64,000 nt of DNA, taken from NCBI GenBank assembly GCA_036172245.1, contig JAYWIR010000042.1, forward strand, positions 1,240,001 to 1,304,000. The letters run 5' to 3'. This DNA is from Raillietiella orientalis (Eukaryota). The stretch's first letter is position 1. Each line of letters begins with the position of its first letter. The translations under genes were made by a program, and so were the position numbers. Shown one piece after another: positions 49,001-61,720 of the stretch. Under the pieces are notes generated by a model. That model was not told the DNA's origin, did no database searches, and saw only the letters and a list, made by a program, of their open reading frames with translations.

Positions 49001-51266
49001 CTGCTCCCCCGTCGACGTTCCCCAAGCCCCACCCCCTTCTCCCCCTCCATTCATCAGGGAGACCTATTTGCGCGCGCTCCTCGGCTTACGTGGAAACGCG
49101 GGGGAGAGGGGGGGCACTCGAGGCTATCATCCTGCTGATGTCGCCGAACCGTTAACTCCCGTTCTGGCGCATCCGACGCGTAACGGCTCCCGCAAACACG
49201 CGTTACCATGTGAACCACGCAAAACTTCGTGTTTGTCAGCAAGGCGAGCAGCAACGTGACGACGCAGGCGGACAGCAAAAACAGATAAATAGGGGTGCGA
49301 AAAGGAGAGGGAGGGGGAGAAGCTCAAGACGGGCACTCGTCCGATGCCTGGACTGGGGTCTGCTCCCCCTCTCCTTCCGCAAGTTTGCTGATGCGCAATC
49401 ATCTTCGAGGACGCCCCGAACGCTTGGGCAGGGTGCCTTTTCTTTTTTTTTCTTTTTTTCTTTCCCCCCCCCCGTTTCCCCGATTCCTGCGCATGCACGT
49501 AGCCACGCTTTCCCGTGGCGGCTTCGACGGGAACGCGAAACGAGAAGCAGTTCGTGCGCGGCAGATGGCAGCGCGTAGCGGGGAGCTCTCGCACTTTTCG
49601 GGCGCGCCGGCAAAAATGGAGGGCGCGCAGTGGGGCGACCGCGATGGCGTCGGACGGCAAGCGGGAAACATGGCGCCGCGCGGAACGCTTTTCTCCTCTT
49701 TTTGTTTCGTCCTTTTTTTTGTTTCGTTTCGTCTTTTTTTTTTTCCTTTTTTTTTTTTTCTCTTCCCCGGTTGGCCTGGTGCTTGGTTCCACGAAACGGA
49801 GCCGACGTGATGGAAAGCATGCGAAGAACATCCGTCCACCACCACCACCACCACCCTTTCCTCGTTTTCACGTGTGCCTTTGCTCCTCGACTCGCGGGTG
49901 AAACTGCGAATGTTCCTGGAGGAGTGGCACGGCAAGTGCTGCGGAAGGAACGAAGACGCCCGGCCTGGTTCTCCCCGACTGTCAGTGGAAGGAATTCGTG
50001 CCACATCGCAGCCTTCAGCTTCGACGGGGTGAGGCCGTGCGGTTTTCGCGGGCACGGCAGGTTCTCGGCGAAATCCTGGAAGCGCCGGAGCAAGAAAGCA
50101 AAGCAAAAGGTGAAACGGGGAAAAAAGTCGCTCCGGCGGGGAAAACGGGCCGCTGCCTGCCCCCTCTCTCCTTCGGCAACCACGAAAGACTCGGTGGCGC
50201 TTGAAAAAAAAAAAAAAAAAAAAAAGAGCCGCGGGAGTGGCGACAGCAACAGGTTGTGGCGAGGAAAGGGGTGCACGCGATGAGGTTTGCTGGAGCGATC
50301 GACGATGCGGTGCGAGCTCGGCCTCGCTGGGAGGAAAGCAGGGGGGAGGGGGGGGGGGAGAGGTCACGTTGGCGCCGACCCCAGCCACCTTCGCTAGTGC
50401 ACACCGCCGGCACCTTCCGAAACACCAGAGTTCACCTGCACGCTGACGAGGCATCTCGCGGAGCGACCTCGCCGCCACCCTTCGGCGTGTCCTCAAACCC
50501 CGCTTTTGACCTCGGGCTCCCCCGTGCGCGCGCACCGTCAAGGTGTCGGGTCAGATGCGCTGTCCATCGGATGAGTCTCGTCTTCTCGGCTACTGAGGAG
50601 CTCCCCCCTCCCCCCCCCTCCCTTTGGCCGAAGTTTGGAGGAGGAGGGGGTCTACCTCCTGGAATGAATCCCCCAGGCGTGTCCCTCCCCCTCCCTCCCT
50701 TCTCCTCTCGCCACGATTCCTCGTGGTTTCCACGGATTCCCGATGCCCTGCGGCCTTGCTTTCCCCGGCTGCTGGGTCGGGGCAGCTTCCGAAGGGCGCG
50801 AGAAGGAAGGGGGAACGGTGGGCGCTTCGGGGGAGTGTGGCTACTGGTGCTGCCGGTTACCGGGGATCTAAGGGAGTTGGAAGCCCCCGGATGTGGGAGG
50901 GGAAGGAAAGTGTACCGATCTCATTGGCCCTGAGGAAAGGATGAAGAAGCTCCAGGAAGGATCCCCTACGCTACCCTCGGCAAGGGGCCTGCTCACCCGC
51001 TCCGTCCCCCTCCCCGTAGGATCCCTGTTTCTCGCGGTTTTGCAGATGAGACTGGCTTGCGGGTCAACGGACGTTTTCCAGCATCGGCTGCTGACCGGAA
51101 GCAGCAGCGGCGCCCGCATCGCCATGGCGACCGTTCCCAGCCCCGAGAGATGGAGGATCTTCCAACAGCATTCACCGAAGGGATCCGGTGGCCCAAGACG
51201 TTCTCTCCCTTCGTGTCCCGCGACCGGGCACTTCTTGGGAGTGATGACCTGCTTGCGTCGCTCTGT

Positions 51267-51297
<31 letters not shown>

Positions 51298-51319
51298 GGC
51301 TGCGCGTTCGAGGATTCAT

Positions 51320-51850
51320 CTCGTCGAGGACGTCTGGGAGGATCCCAGATGAAGTGGGTTAAGAAGAGAAGATCGCGGACCCTGCGCGAGCGGCCCGCTG
51401 GGAGGAAGGAAAGGAGTTTTGCGTGTCCTGAATGTCGGCGGCGTTCTTCCCGGTGAAAACAAGGACGAGGGCGGGCTCCTGAAAAGTGAGGTCATTCCGG
51501 TGCGGCTCCACTTGGACGCAACGCAGCCGACGGGCCCCCTCCTCATCCAGTGGATCCCCCGGTTCTTATGCGAGCGCTGCCGGGCGCCGCCGTCGCGTGC
51601 GAGGAAAACCGTCATGGCGCCCCTCCTCCTCCGCGAACGGGGATTGCGCGAATGCACTCCGAGCCGGGGACCCCACCCTCCTCCGCCGGTGAGCTCCCGT
51701 TCCCAAGGCTGAATAACTGCGATTGTTGTGGCACTGCCTGTGCCCCCGGGCAAGGACAGGCCTCGTCGCTCTCGGGAAAGTGATCCCGGGACGGCGCTCG
51801 GGCCGCCCTGGGTTTTCCCGCCGTTCCGACGCATCTGCGCGAATCTGTCG
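51320..51850 (-). mobile_element. Decayed Gypsy integrase remnant
   Basis: RRGLSLPG (~ARxxxxWPG), IHWMRRGP (~HIDFAGP), VASKW (~DxxSKW) and NPLHLGSS (~PYHPQSN) in order. Confidence 0.3.
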
Positions 51851-54800
51851 AGCCGTCTTTCCATAAAGCAGCCGCGTCCCGAGGTGTGCCGGGCGGGCCT
51901 TGACGACTTGCAGAGCAGTGGAGGGGCCGGCGACGATTCCTCGGGAACGTCTTAGGGGCAGCGACGTCATCGCGCGCGACCCGAGCAGTTTGGCGTTCCT
52001 TGCCATGGACGTGGACGCGGAACCCGTAGGGGTCCGTACTTGCCAACGACCTTTCGTCAACGTTTCGAGCCCTTGAAAAAAAAAAAAAAAAAAAAAACAC
52101 GCAAAAAAAGGGGTGAGCTGTCGCGATGCGCGGCGGAAGCCAAAATCTGCCCTCTCTCCTTCATCGGAAAAAAATTCTGAACCCTCTACAGCCCCCGGTG
52201 TGACTTTGAAGTCACATACGAATACATCGACATCTCATTGATTTATTTCGTTTTTTTACCGCAAGGCGGCGTGTACATCCTGTACAAACGTCTCCTTGGC
52301 GACCAGTAGCAGTCCTGCTGACGGATATCGGCTCCAACCGGAGATATCGGGAGAGTAAGGCGTATGCTTTCGCGAGTACGTCTGCAGATAAAAGTCGCAT
52401 GCGCCACGCTGTGCATCTGTTGTTATTTTTCGTTCCGTCGGTGTTCCGATAAACGAGCCTGCGTAATGGCTGCCGGTCTGTGTATCCGTTATCTCTTATT
52501 TGTTCAGATCCGAACAATCGCTCTGCTGTTGTTTTCACATGATACAGCCCCGTGGCTTTCGAGCCACAGCGAGCCGTGAGGGTGGGTGGGGTCGGGTGCG
52601 TCGACTCCTACGGACGAGCGGTAAAGGGGGGAAGAAAGAGGGCTGCATCACTTCCAGCCCAGAAAAGGCGCGAAGAGATGGAATCGCACGTTGGCCGACG
52701 ATCCTTTCGGGTGAGAGGGGACTCCGCGAAAAGCCGGGATAAAGCGACCGAAACCAGGACGTTCGAAACGCAACGTGTACAACGTGTACGTCCAACGCCG
52801 AGCACCAGCTGCTTTGTGGGGTTCCCATGCTTTGTGGGGGCGTTTTCGTACGAGCGCGTCGCACGCCGCTGTAACCCCAAAGTTACAAAGCGTTGTAACG
52901 AAGTCGTTGAGACTGCTGAATTCGTTGTGAGTTTGCGTTTCGAGGTCGACGCTTCTTCATTCCCACGTTCCATAATTCTTTTTTTCTTCTTCTTCTTCCA
53001 TAGCCGTGGAAGAACAAAAAAAAAGGAAAAAATTCGGGCCACAGAGGGTTAAAATCAAAGCAGCAACGAGAGCAGAGCTTTTGAGCAGCGAAGATGCTAC
53101 GAAGATCTGCCCGATCCTCCTTCCCTTAACTTTGTTTGTCGCTTTTGCACAGGACGTCGGCGACGAGGTGAAGAGGAAGGTGGGGAGGACCTCCTCCTGC
53201 TTCCACGGGTGCGAGTGGTCGATCCCCACGAGGCACCACTGATCGGCACCGCTCGCCCTGTGGTCCAGCGGAGTTCTCGCGGGGAACTGTCCTGCAGCAA
53301 CCGAGCGAGGGTCCCCTCACACGGAAGGACGGGCGGGAACGGCCCCGAATTCCTTGACTGCACGTGCGAGCGATCGGAACGCGGTGGTCGGGAGGGGAGG
53401 AGGAACAGGAAGGGGGTACCTATGGGCCGGTTTCTGCCACGCAAGGGAGAGAGGGCCACACGGGCGTGCGGCCCTCTCTCCCCCTCCCTCTGCGCAGGGA
53501 CTTCCCGCTCTTCCCCCGCGAGGTGCCGTGCGTGGCTCCACGTGAATGAGGACGATGAAGCAGAGTCAGGACTTTCGGAACGAACGCGAACTGCCTCGAG
53601 TTTCGTCCGAGTTTCGGGTGGGTGGCAGCCTGCAGACTCTCCCGACGTCACCCGCCCTCCCCGTTCCGACGCAGCTTCCTCCGCCAGAGAGAGAGAGAGA
53701 GAGAGAGAGAGAAAGTGAAACACACGAACGGAGGACGGCACATTTCGACCTCCCGATTTTCGAGTTCCCGATCCGTAGGATCAAGCCGTGTTTCTCCTCC
53801 TCTCCCCCCTTCCCGGTTCTTCAAAGACGAGAAGAAGAAAAAAAGAAAAGAAAAGAAAAAAGGGATTTTCTTCTTCTTCTTCTTCTTCTTCTCCTCCTCC
53901 TCCTCCTTTCGTCGTCTTTTATTTCGGCACGTTGGATCTCCTCTCGCTCCCTGGAACATCAGAGTGCTTGGCGGCAAGTACCGCGCTCTGCGTGCCTCTC
54001 CTCGTTCGTGCTCCTCCATCCCGCACGCTCGGAGCACTGAAAAATCAGATGAGGAACGTTGGAAGCGGCGCTTTCCAGCAACTGCTCGAATCAATCAGCA
54101 AGTTGCGCAAGTGCGCATACCTCCGCCGCCGCTGAACTTTACTTTTCATTACCGGGAGCAGCGCTCACGGATCCAGATAAATAAGTCGGAACTCCACATC
54201 TGCGGCGAGGAGGAAGGGGGGATACCCGATTGATTATTTTCATTTTTTTTTCCTTCCTTTCCTTTGGTTCGTACGCGTGCGCGCGCTGGGACCCCCCTCT
54301 TGCTGTGGGTCCGGTTCACGGGAGGGAAACCCTCGTCCCAAAGCTGCTCCGTACGCGCGTACCGAAACCCCGGCGCCTGGCGACATCTGCGAAGATGCGT
54401 GCGGCACGTCTGCGGGAGTCGCCGCGCGGTGCATCCCTCCTCCCCCCCCACGTTTGCTAAGCATCCGCACCAAGAGGCACGAGGAAAAAAAAAAAGGAAA
54501 AACGAATGCTGCAGGAAAGGAAGAGGGGAAAGAAAGAAAAGACTTTCCGAAGCGTTCGGCGACGAGGTCGTGCAGCCAGAAGTAGTACTCGGGAAATAAA
54601 ACCGCGAACGGTATAGTCTTCCAAAGCAAACACCCCGGGATTCACACATGCATTACACACGGCACCAGCGTCTTCCTCGTCGACGTGGGATCGATCGGGC
54701 AAGTGCTTCCGAATCACGGAGAACACTCAGTTCGTTCGATTCCGCAAACGTTTCCTCCTTTCTTTCCTCCTCTCTCTTTTTTTTTTTTTTTTGGTTTGCA

Positions 54801-55216
54801 GCAGCAGAAGAGCGCCCTGAGCACGCCGGGAATTCGACCGCAATCAAGTATTAAAACGTGGGGCTTTTTTTCTCTTTCTTCCCTTCCTCCAAGGTCAAGT
54901 TCGTTTTTGCCGACGATCGCTTAGCAACTCGGATGCGAATAGGAACAAGGGCGTGTGAACCCAATCGAATTGCATGCCTGGAGATGCATGCATTGGAAGC
55001 TCCTTCTCCTCCTCTGCGCTGGGGAGGGGCGCGCAGGGGCTGTTGGCAGGGTCGCTGCTGCTTTTCCCGACACCTCGGGCCGAAGCACTTCGTTCAAGTC
55101 GGCGCCCTTCCCCTCCGTCGGGCGTCGCGCGCCTCCCCCATCCGACCGACCGTTCCCGAAGACGTGCCTGGCGCTGGCCGCGTGCGAAGGCTGCGTGCGG
55201 GTACCGCGGGCCGAAA

Positions 55217-55240
55217 ACCACCACCACCACCACCACCACC

Positions 55241-55277
<37 letters not shown>
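55217..55277. repeat. Compound (ACC)n(ACA)n trinucleotide microsatellite
   Basis: Read directly. Confidence 0.95.
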
Positions 55278-56699
55278 AGTCCCGAAGTGGACTGTCCACT
55301 TGGCAGGACGCGGTGGTTTCCGTTCCCACGTCATCAGGCCGGCACGTCTGCATCGTCCTCCCGTTCGGCAGGTTTCGTTGAGTGTGGCGGCGGCGCCGTC
55401 GTCGAAAGTTCCCTATTCCCCTCCCCTCCTCCCTCCCCCCCCCCCCTTCCCCCTCTCTTCCCCGAGGTGTGCACGTGGTGATAATCGAAAGGGATCCGTC
55501 CGTTCCGAAGATCACGGAAAAGCGATGGGAACAGTCGGGCATGGAAAGTTCTCGAAACACCTGGCAGTGTTCCCCCGCCCTCGCCCCCCCTCTCCGTTTT
55601 ATGTGTGTGTGTGTGTGTTTTACTTCAGCGTGGATGCGGTTCAGTGAAACGTGCATTATAAAGATATCGATCCACGAGATCTCGTTTCCAAGAAACGAAA
55701 GATCTTTTTTTTTTTATTATTATCATTATCATTATTCCTTTTTCTGGAGCCTGCTTTAGATTCCAAGATGTGGAAATCTCGGGATTGCCTGTGTGGCCAA
55801 ATGGCATGTGATCGTACGCTGACAGATAACAAGCACGATAACAGAAAACAAAAAAAAAACAAAAAAAAAAAAAAAAGGCGAAGAGAAAAAGAAGTAAGGT
55901 AGAGAGTTCCAGTTCGATTGGGGGAATGGGGATCTATCAAAGTAAAAATCACTGGCACTAAGATGTTAGAAATATCGAACATGGCCAAATCAAAAATAAA
56001 AAAGTGTTCCCTCCCCCCTTTTTTTTTTTTTTTCTTTTGTATTCTTCCCTTTCACCCTCCCCTTCCTTCTTTCGAACGCTGTGCAGCCCAATTTAAGGAC
56101 TTCGTTCCCCGTGCATTTTCACTTTGCCGCAGCATGAATTGCCTTACGAAACAGCCCGGGCGACACTTTTATTCTTCCTTCCTTCCTTTAGGCCTCACTC
56201 ATCTCATTTCATTTATTTGTCTGCAGCATCGGAGAGGAGAGGCGTTTCCGTACGTGTTGTTGTTTCATGGCGGGCTGGTTGGTGTTGGGGCTTTGCTGCC
56301 GGGGTAGCCTCGCCCCTCCCCCGCCCCCTCAAACTGCGAAACCGACCGTGGGACCTTTTCCTCCGGCTGTGGGTGCATCCCACTTCCCCTGCACGGCTCC
56401 ACCATCAGCCCGCATCCACGCATGCAGAGGTGAACAGTTGCATTTCGCTTCCGCGCTCAGGAACGGACGGAGTCGCGGCAGCGCCGAACCTACGCGACGC
56501 ACGCAGCGTGGAAGCCCCAAGCACGGATAGGGCTTCAACCTACGTCCGGTGCGACCGTCCCTGTCTGAACGCCGGAAGCTCTTTCCGCGAAGAGCACGCA
56601 GGGAGATGCCGGATCTGTTCGCAACAACGCGTCTCTTTCCTTGCAGCTCCCCACCGAGGCCTTGCACGTGCGTGCGCGCCCTGAAGTTTCCGCACACGT

Positions 56700-56970
56700 C
56701 AGAGAGGTGGTCCACTCGGGCATCCACCCTCGGTCACAGATGCCGCGGTCGATTTCCGGTGCAGTCTCGACGCAGTTCCTCACAGTTCAGACGCTTCGGA
56801 CCTCCCATCTTCGTTTTTGTCTTTTTTTTTTTTTGGCAGGTGCAGAGGCACGTGGATTCTGTGGAAGGACGGCGATTCCACAGGAAGAAGCGGTGGCGTT
56901 GGTGATCGACGGGATCCAAAGCTCTGGGCAGGGAGAGCGGAGACGTGAAGCGGGAACCACCTCTGTGTTG
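56700..56970 (+). mobile_element. Mariner transposase 3' remnant (diverged direct repeat of about 58785-58957)
   Basis: PHSSDASDL(H)L (~PYSPDLAPSDFHLF). About 150 bp, from GAGGCACGTGGATTCTGTGGAAGGACG to GGGAACCACCTCTGTGTT, is shared with the 58.8-kb copy. Confidence 0.55.
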
Positions 56971-57519
56971 CTATCTTTCCATACCAACGTGAAAACGTGG
57001 CAGGTGACCGGCTGCCACCTTGCTGCTGCGCAGAGGGAAGGACACCTCCAATTGTTCCTTTCCACGCAAGGAATGGACCCTCACGTTCTCCATCCGGAGA
57101 GCGTATATCAGGGAGAACGTATGGGGGGCCTCTGGATGCGGACTGTTCGTGGGATGCAGGCAGGCATTTCCCTCGCCGGACTCCAGCTCCGTAGGTTCGC
57201 GAGTCCCTGGGGGTTCGAAACGTTTCGTCATCCCGAAAAGGTCCCGTCATTGGAACCGCGCCGCAGGAAGATCACCCGGTGTGCCTCCTCACTGTGCATG
57301 CCCTCGAGGGATCCGTTCGATACCTACGGATGGTGCAACTGTAACACAAGAAACCTTTCAGGATGCTTCCGACAGTTTCATCCTCCTGGCTTGGGTCCCC
57401 GCTGACGCAGCTGCTTCTTCGGATCGGGAGGAATTCGCCCGGATGCTTCCTCTCTCTTTTTCCCACTCGTAGGGAGCATCCCACTTGTTGCTTGGTTTCA
57501 CAGGAGTAACGGCGGTCTG

Positions 57520-57942
57520 GCTTCGGCATCCCCTACCATGAACGAGGGAAACGTCCGCTCGATCCAAAAGTCTCTTACTGAGCGTTCAGGCAGTTCAGAC
57601 GTTCAAATGGGGACTTTCTGATCACCCACCTCACGGTCCTGCCCAGTGACGGGACCACGTCTTCCTGCACCTCCAGGAGTGGCTCAACCACGCTAGGGGA
57701 GAAAGAGAGTAGCTGAAGACTGCGGTTGCTGCTGAACTGGCTGAACGCCCAGGCGGCGGAATTTTGTGCAGACGGTTTCAAGAAGCTTCTTCCGCGGTAT
57801 CAGAAGTGTTTGGAGGAAGAAAAGAATGGTGACTACGCGGCATGGGGGGTGTGCGTGCTTAGGACCACCGATGCATTTTTGTTTCCCTTATTTGTTCTTT
57901 CTTTATATCCGATTTGCCCTTACTTTTGAAATGCGCCTCGTG
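57520..57942 (+). mobile_element. Mariner (DD34D) 3' remnant with probable 3' TIR
   Basis: FKW..DHPP..PSD..HVFLHLQEWL followed by LNWLNAQAAEFCADGFKKLLPRYQKCLE..NGDY, a typical mariner C-terminus. Ends with CCTTACTTTTGAAATGCGCCTCGTG, resembling a mariner TIR. Confidence 0.8.
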
Positions 57943-58149
57943 CTTAAGAGCTTAAGAGCGAGTGAAGTTTTGCCCTCCCTCAAGTCTGTGTGCAACTCCC
58001 TAGTAGGTCTTGGACTCTCTGCCTATCCGCAGAACATGCCGCAGGGTTCGTGTTTACTGGGAATGGCGTCATCACTTCCACGTCTCTCTCTTCTTTTCCT
58101 TTTCGCTTTCGTTTGCTCACGAAAACGTGTGAAATTAAGAGCCGCGCTC

Positions 58150-58960
58150 TTTGCACCTCTCGGCGATTCCGTACGGCCATCCGTACAGTTCGAGGCGTGC
58201 TACGTGCACGCTCTGGGGAAAACTTCCAAAGGGCTGATCCACCATCCGGCTCTGCGTCAAAGGATGGTGAATGGCATTTTGATGGATGGACGGTGGCAGG
58301 TGTGCGGTCAGCTTGACCAGCAGGACGCAGTGCTTGCTGGACAATGGACAACAACGAAAACGAGCGAGCGGCAAACGAGGCTTTCAGAACTGCGCGAATT
58401 TGCGGAGGGGACCAAGGCGGAGATGTACTCTTTTCAGCTGCTCCGGTTTTCCTGCTTTCAGGATGCAGGCGTTGAGTCAGAGAGTTATCCAAAGGGCATG
58501 CGTGAGATGGATACCGCTACTTTAACCTGGTGTGTTCGTGACTTTCCCGGTGGTCGAGTTGGTGATGCACAGGAACCTCGGTGATGGCGGCATCTGGAGA
58601 GAACAAGCGCTGTCGAGATGTGGACCCAATGTTCTCCGGAACCTGGGTCGGCCCACGACTCGCTCCATGCTTCAGACGCAAGTGGAACGTCTTTAAGCCA
58701 CATGCTCGCATGAAAGTTCCTTACGGTTCGCTGGGAGGTTGCACAGCAAGTGACCAAGAATTCTTTCATTCTTTAGCCAACGGATCCTTCGGACCTTCAT
58801 CTTTTTTTTTTTTTTTTTTTTGGCGGGTGGAGGAGGCACGTGGATTCTGTGGAAGGACGCCGATTTCACAGGAAGAAGTGGTGGCGTTGGTGATTGACGA
58901 GATCCAGAGCTCCGGAAAGGGAGAGCGGAGCCGTGAAGTGGGAACCACCTCTGTGTTCAG
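58150..58960 (+). mobile_element. Decayed mariner transposase
   Basis: VNGILMD..QVCGQL, RQTRL, NVFKPH (~DNARPH), RWEV, PSDLHLF and VEGRRF in order. Confidence 0.55.
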
Positions 58961-59329
58961 ATCTGACAGTTTTTTTTTTTTTCCTGTTAATGCGGGTTAA
59001 ACTCTCGGTTTCGTGGTTCCATCCGGGGTGCAGTGTCCTATTTCGGAATGCCAGGATTACGCACTTTGACGGTGTCACGAAATGTGGCTTTTGTCTTACA
59101 CCAGTTTCCGCGGTCACGATTTCTTGGCGTGCAACGTACACATCGTTCACTATGGGAACACCTTGTGATAACAGGATTAGGTGGTAATAATTACAAAGCA
59201 GAACACAGTAGCGAGTGTTTCCGCAGCTCTCTGTCGGGATGATGGTAAGCAGAAGCTGGATTGCAACTTCACCTTTACTTTTACCCTCAGGATGTGTGTG
59301 CCGCGTAGACGTTTTTCGTGCGGCTTCTT

Positions 59330-60300
59330 ACTTTCGTCTACGTCGAGAATGTGATGAAAGATCCTTCAGCATCTGCATTAAATATGGAAGCTCCTTTGAA
59401 CTGATGAAGACCCAGAAGGAGTTTCAAAGACGATTTACATGAGGGGGGAAACGATCCTTGAAAGGACGCGATCCTTAGAATTAAGTTATGCAAATAGCTT
59501 TGGGGAAAAATTGCATGGCCCCCAAGGAATTCTGGTTCAGCCGGCGCATTCGGGAGTCCTGATCGATAATCGTATTATCCATGGGAATTCCGTAGTAAAA
59601 TTTCCCTCTGTTCCATGCTTCTTCACGACCACAAACGTGTCGTCCTGATGGATTCCTTGGTATCAAATCTCCCAGCTTGGTTCCGGCACGCATTGCCTGA
59701 GATGTCCTCAGCTTTCCTTTTTTTTTTCCCCGATAATCTCCCGGTTCTTGAGCCTTTTTTCTCAGATGCCTTCCCGAAACGAGTCAGGAACTTCTCCATG
59801 AGGGTTTTGACCGATGAACGGGAAGGTCTCTTCCTGCTTTCGAACGATGATTATTTTTTTCCTTTCCGATCAGCAGTTTTCGTGGTTACTTCGCAACTGG
59901 GCTTCGGTCTCATCATTTTCTGTACCTCCCAGTTTTGTGGTCTTAGGAGACTAGGGTCTGAGCTGCCTTCCTGCATGCAAACCCTGAAACGAGGCAGCAT
60001 CTTTCCTATGCCCCAACGTGAATCACAAGTTCCAGCTGCCAAAAAAGAGGCACAGGAAACCACTCACCAATGGTAAGTTCAGGATAAGATCGAGACTGAG
60101 GCCTTCCCACTCGTAGTTTCATCAGAAAAGAAGTGAGCCCATCCTCGGTGCATCTTCTCTCCCTCTTTTTCATTAAAATATCTTGCAGATACCTTTTTTC
60201 CTACCTTTCGCTCATCTTTCGGGTTCTCTGTTCCCGGTCCAGAGCATCGTTTTGCGTGCCAGTGATGAGGTGTGTTCAAGATCTACTACTGCTTCGGGAA
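59330..60300 (-). mobile_element. Decayed IS630/Tc1-like transposase of the 'LPKFHCELN' type
   Basis: FFSDET, LVSGFLC (~MVSDFLC), GHA..FPKAIC*LNS (~GH..FLPKFHCELNP, read through frameshifts) and SHSRR (~SHRR). Confidence 0.4.
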
Positions 60301-61049
60301 CATGCAACGTCCGAGGAAGCATGAGCAGCAGCATCCGATGCTCCGAATTAACGAAACTGGACACAGCTGAACGTGCTTCATGATTTGCCTAACTCGATTG
60401 CTTCCGAGAAGGTCATTGGATTAGCTGTGTTGGTCACAGCTCGTTCGTGAACCGGAAACCGAGTTTCTCACACATCCACTTTCATGCAGCAGCCATTTCT
60501 TCTTCTTCTTTTTTTTTTTTCCACTCAAGATTTTCAAAAAAAAAAAACTTTACTAACGTTTTGTTGTATGCATTTTTTGTCTCTCGTCAGGATTGGGCAT
60601 CTGTATGTATGTACATACATACACACATACATACATATATATATATATATTTGTACAGAAGCAAGCCAAGTGAGCCTCCAGTACATTTCGTAGTCGTTCA
60701 CGAAACTTAATACGAGCACACGCGCAAGACAACAACAACGCACACACCTTTTCTGATGAAATCCCAGCTGCCGAAAGTGCTTCGTGCTTGCTCCGCTCGT
60801 TCTGCTGCTTCTTGTCTTTCTTCCTCGAATCGAAGGACTGCGGGTCGTTTATTATTATTATATTGAACATTATTATATCTCCTTACATATGGGGGCCGCG
60901 AAGTAAGTCTGGGAGCCTCTTGGAAATTCTCCTTTTTGACACGACTCGATCATCAGCCTCGTGCAGGCTGAGGGCTGAGGCACGTTTAGGTCGAGGCGGG
61001 CATTCCGTGCCTCTCGAGAGGTGTGGCAAGATGTTGCAAGTAGTGCTGC

Positions 61050-61720
61050 TGCTGCTGCGCTGATGCCCGCTGACATGTTCTCGCATCATGGTTTGGAGGA
61101 GAGGGGATGAATGGGGATACTCCAGCTCTTTCATACGTCTTTGGGACCGAGCTGGCCAGCTCGACTGACAGACGGATACGCTGGAAAATGGAAAGATGTT
61201 GGGAAATCGTTGCCTCGATCCACTTCCTCGACGCACAGTTGAACGGTTGGAGACTCAGCCGAAGATTTGGAGGAACGCCACGAATTTCCCCTTTGTTCCT
61301 CGATGTATTCATTGAGCATCGGATCGCGTCTCGAAAGGCTGAAGTTTCACTCGTGGCAAATCGAAGTGTCATCTCCCGTAGAATCAATGGTTTCTTCACC
61401 TTGGACGCTCCATCAGTTATTGGTTCTTCCTCGCGCGCCGCTTTTCTGTTTTCCCTTGCACGAGTAAAGGTTTTCATTCAGAGAGCTGCGCCGGGCAGTC
61501 CGCTCCAGCGGTTCGCTTTTCCGGCCTCCAGCATGAACGCCAAGTTCCGAGTTTTCATCACGTCATGTGTTACGTGATGCTGTTTCTTGTCCGAGCTCTC
61601 ACCGCGCTGTTTCTTGTGGCATTCCGTCAGTTCGTCGCTTGTGGGGGGTGATCCACCTCTGCAATGCTCCATGCAGTGGGCTACACTTGGATTTCCATCC
61701 ATGTATTGTGATGTTCCTCT
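61050..61720 (-). mobile_element. Decayed pogo-like (DDE_1) transposase
   Basis: YMDGNP (~NMDETP), SAFRDA (~DSFRGH), VPPNLRLSLQPFN (~IPxxxTxxLQPLD) and RKWIE. Confidence 0.5.

Noticed and set aside
38755..50933. Many 200-380 aa ORFs (e.g. 46178-47329, 49399-50541, 41529-42608, 44994-45995)
   Set aside because: They overlap in several frames, are R/G/P/A-rich, cross homopolymers and show no domain motifs; expected in stop-poor GC-rich DNA.
59399..59435. Hammerhead-like CTGATGA cores (also near 5687 and 60754)
   Set aside because: No properly paired stem II followed by GAAA with closing helices.
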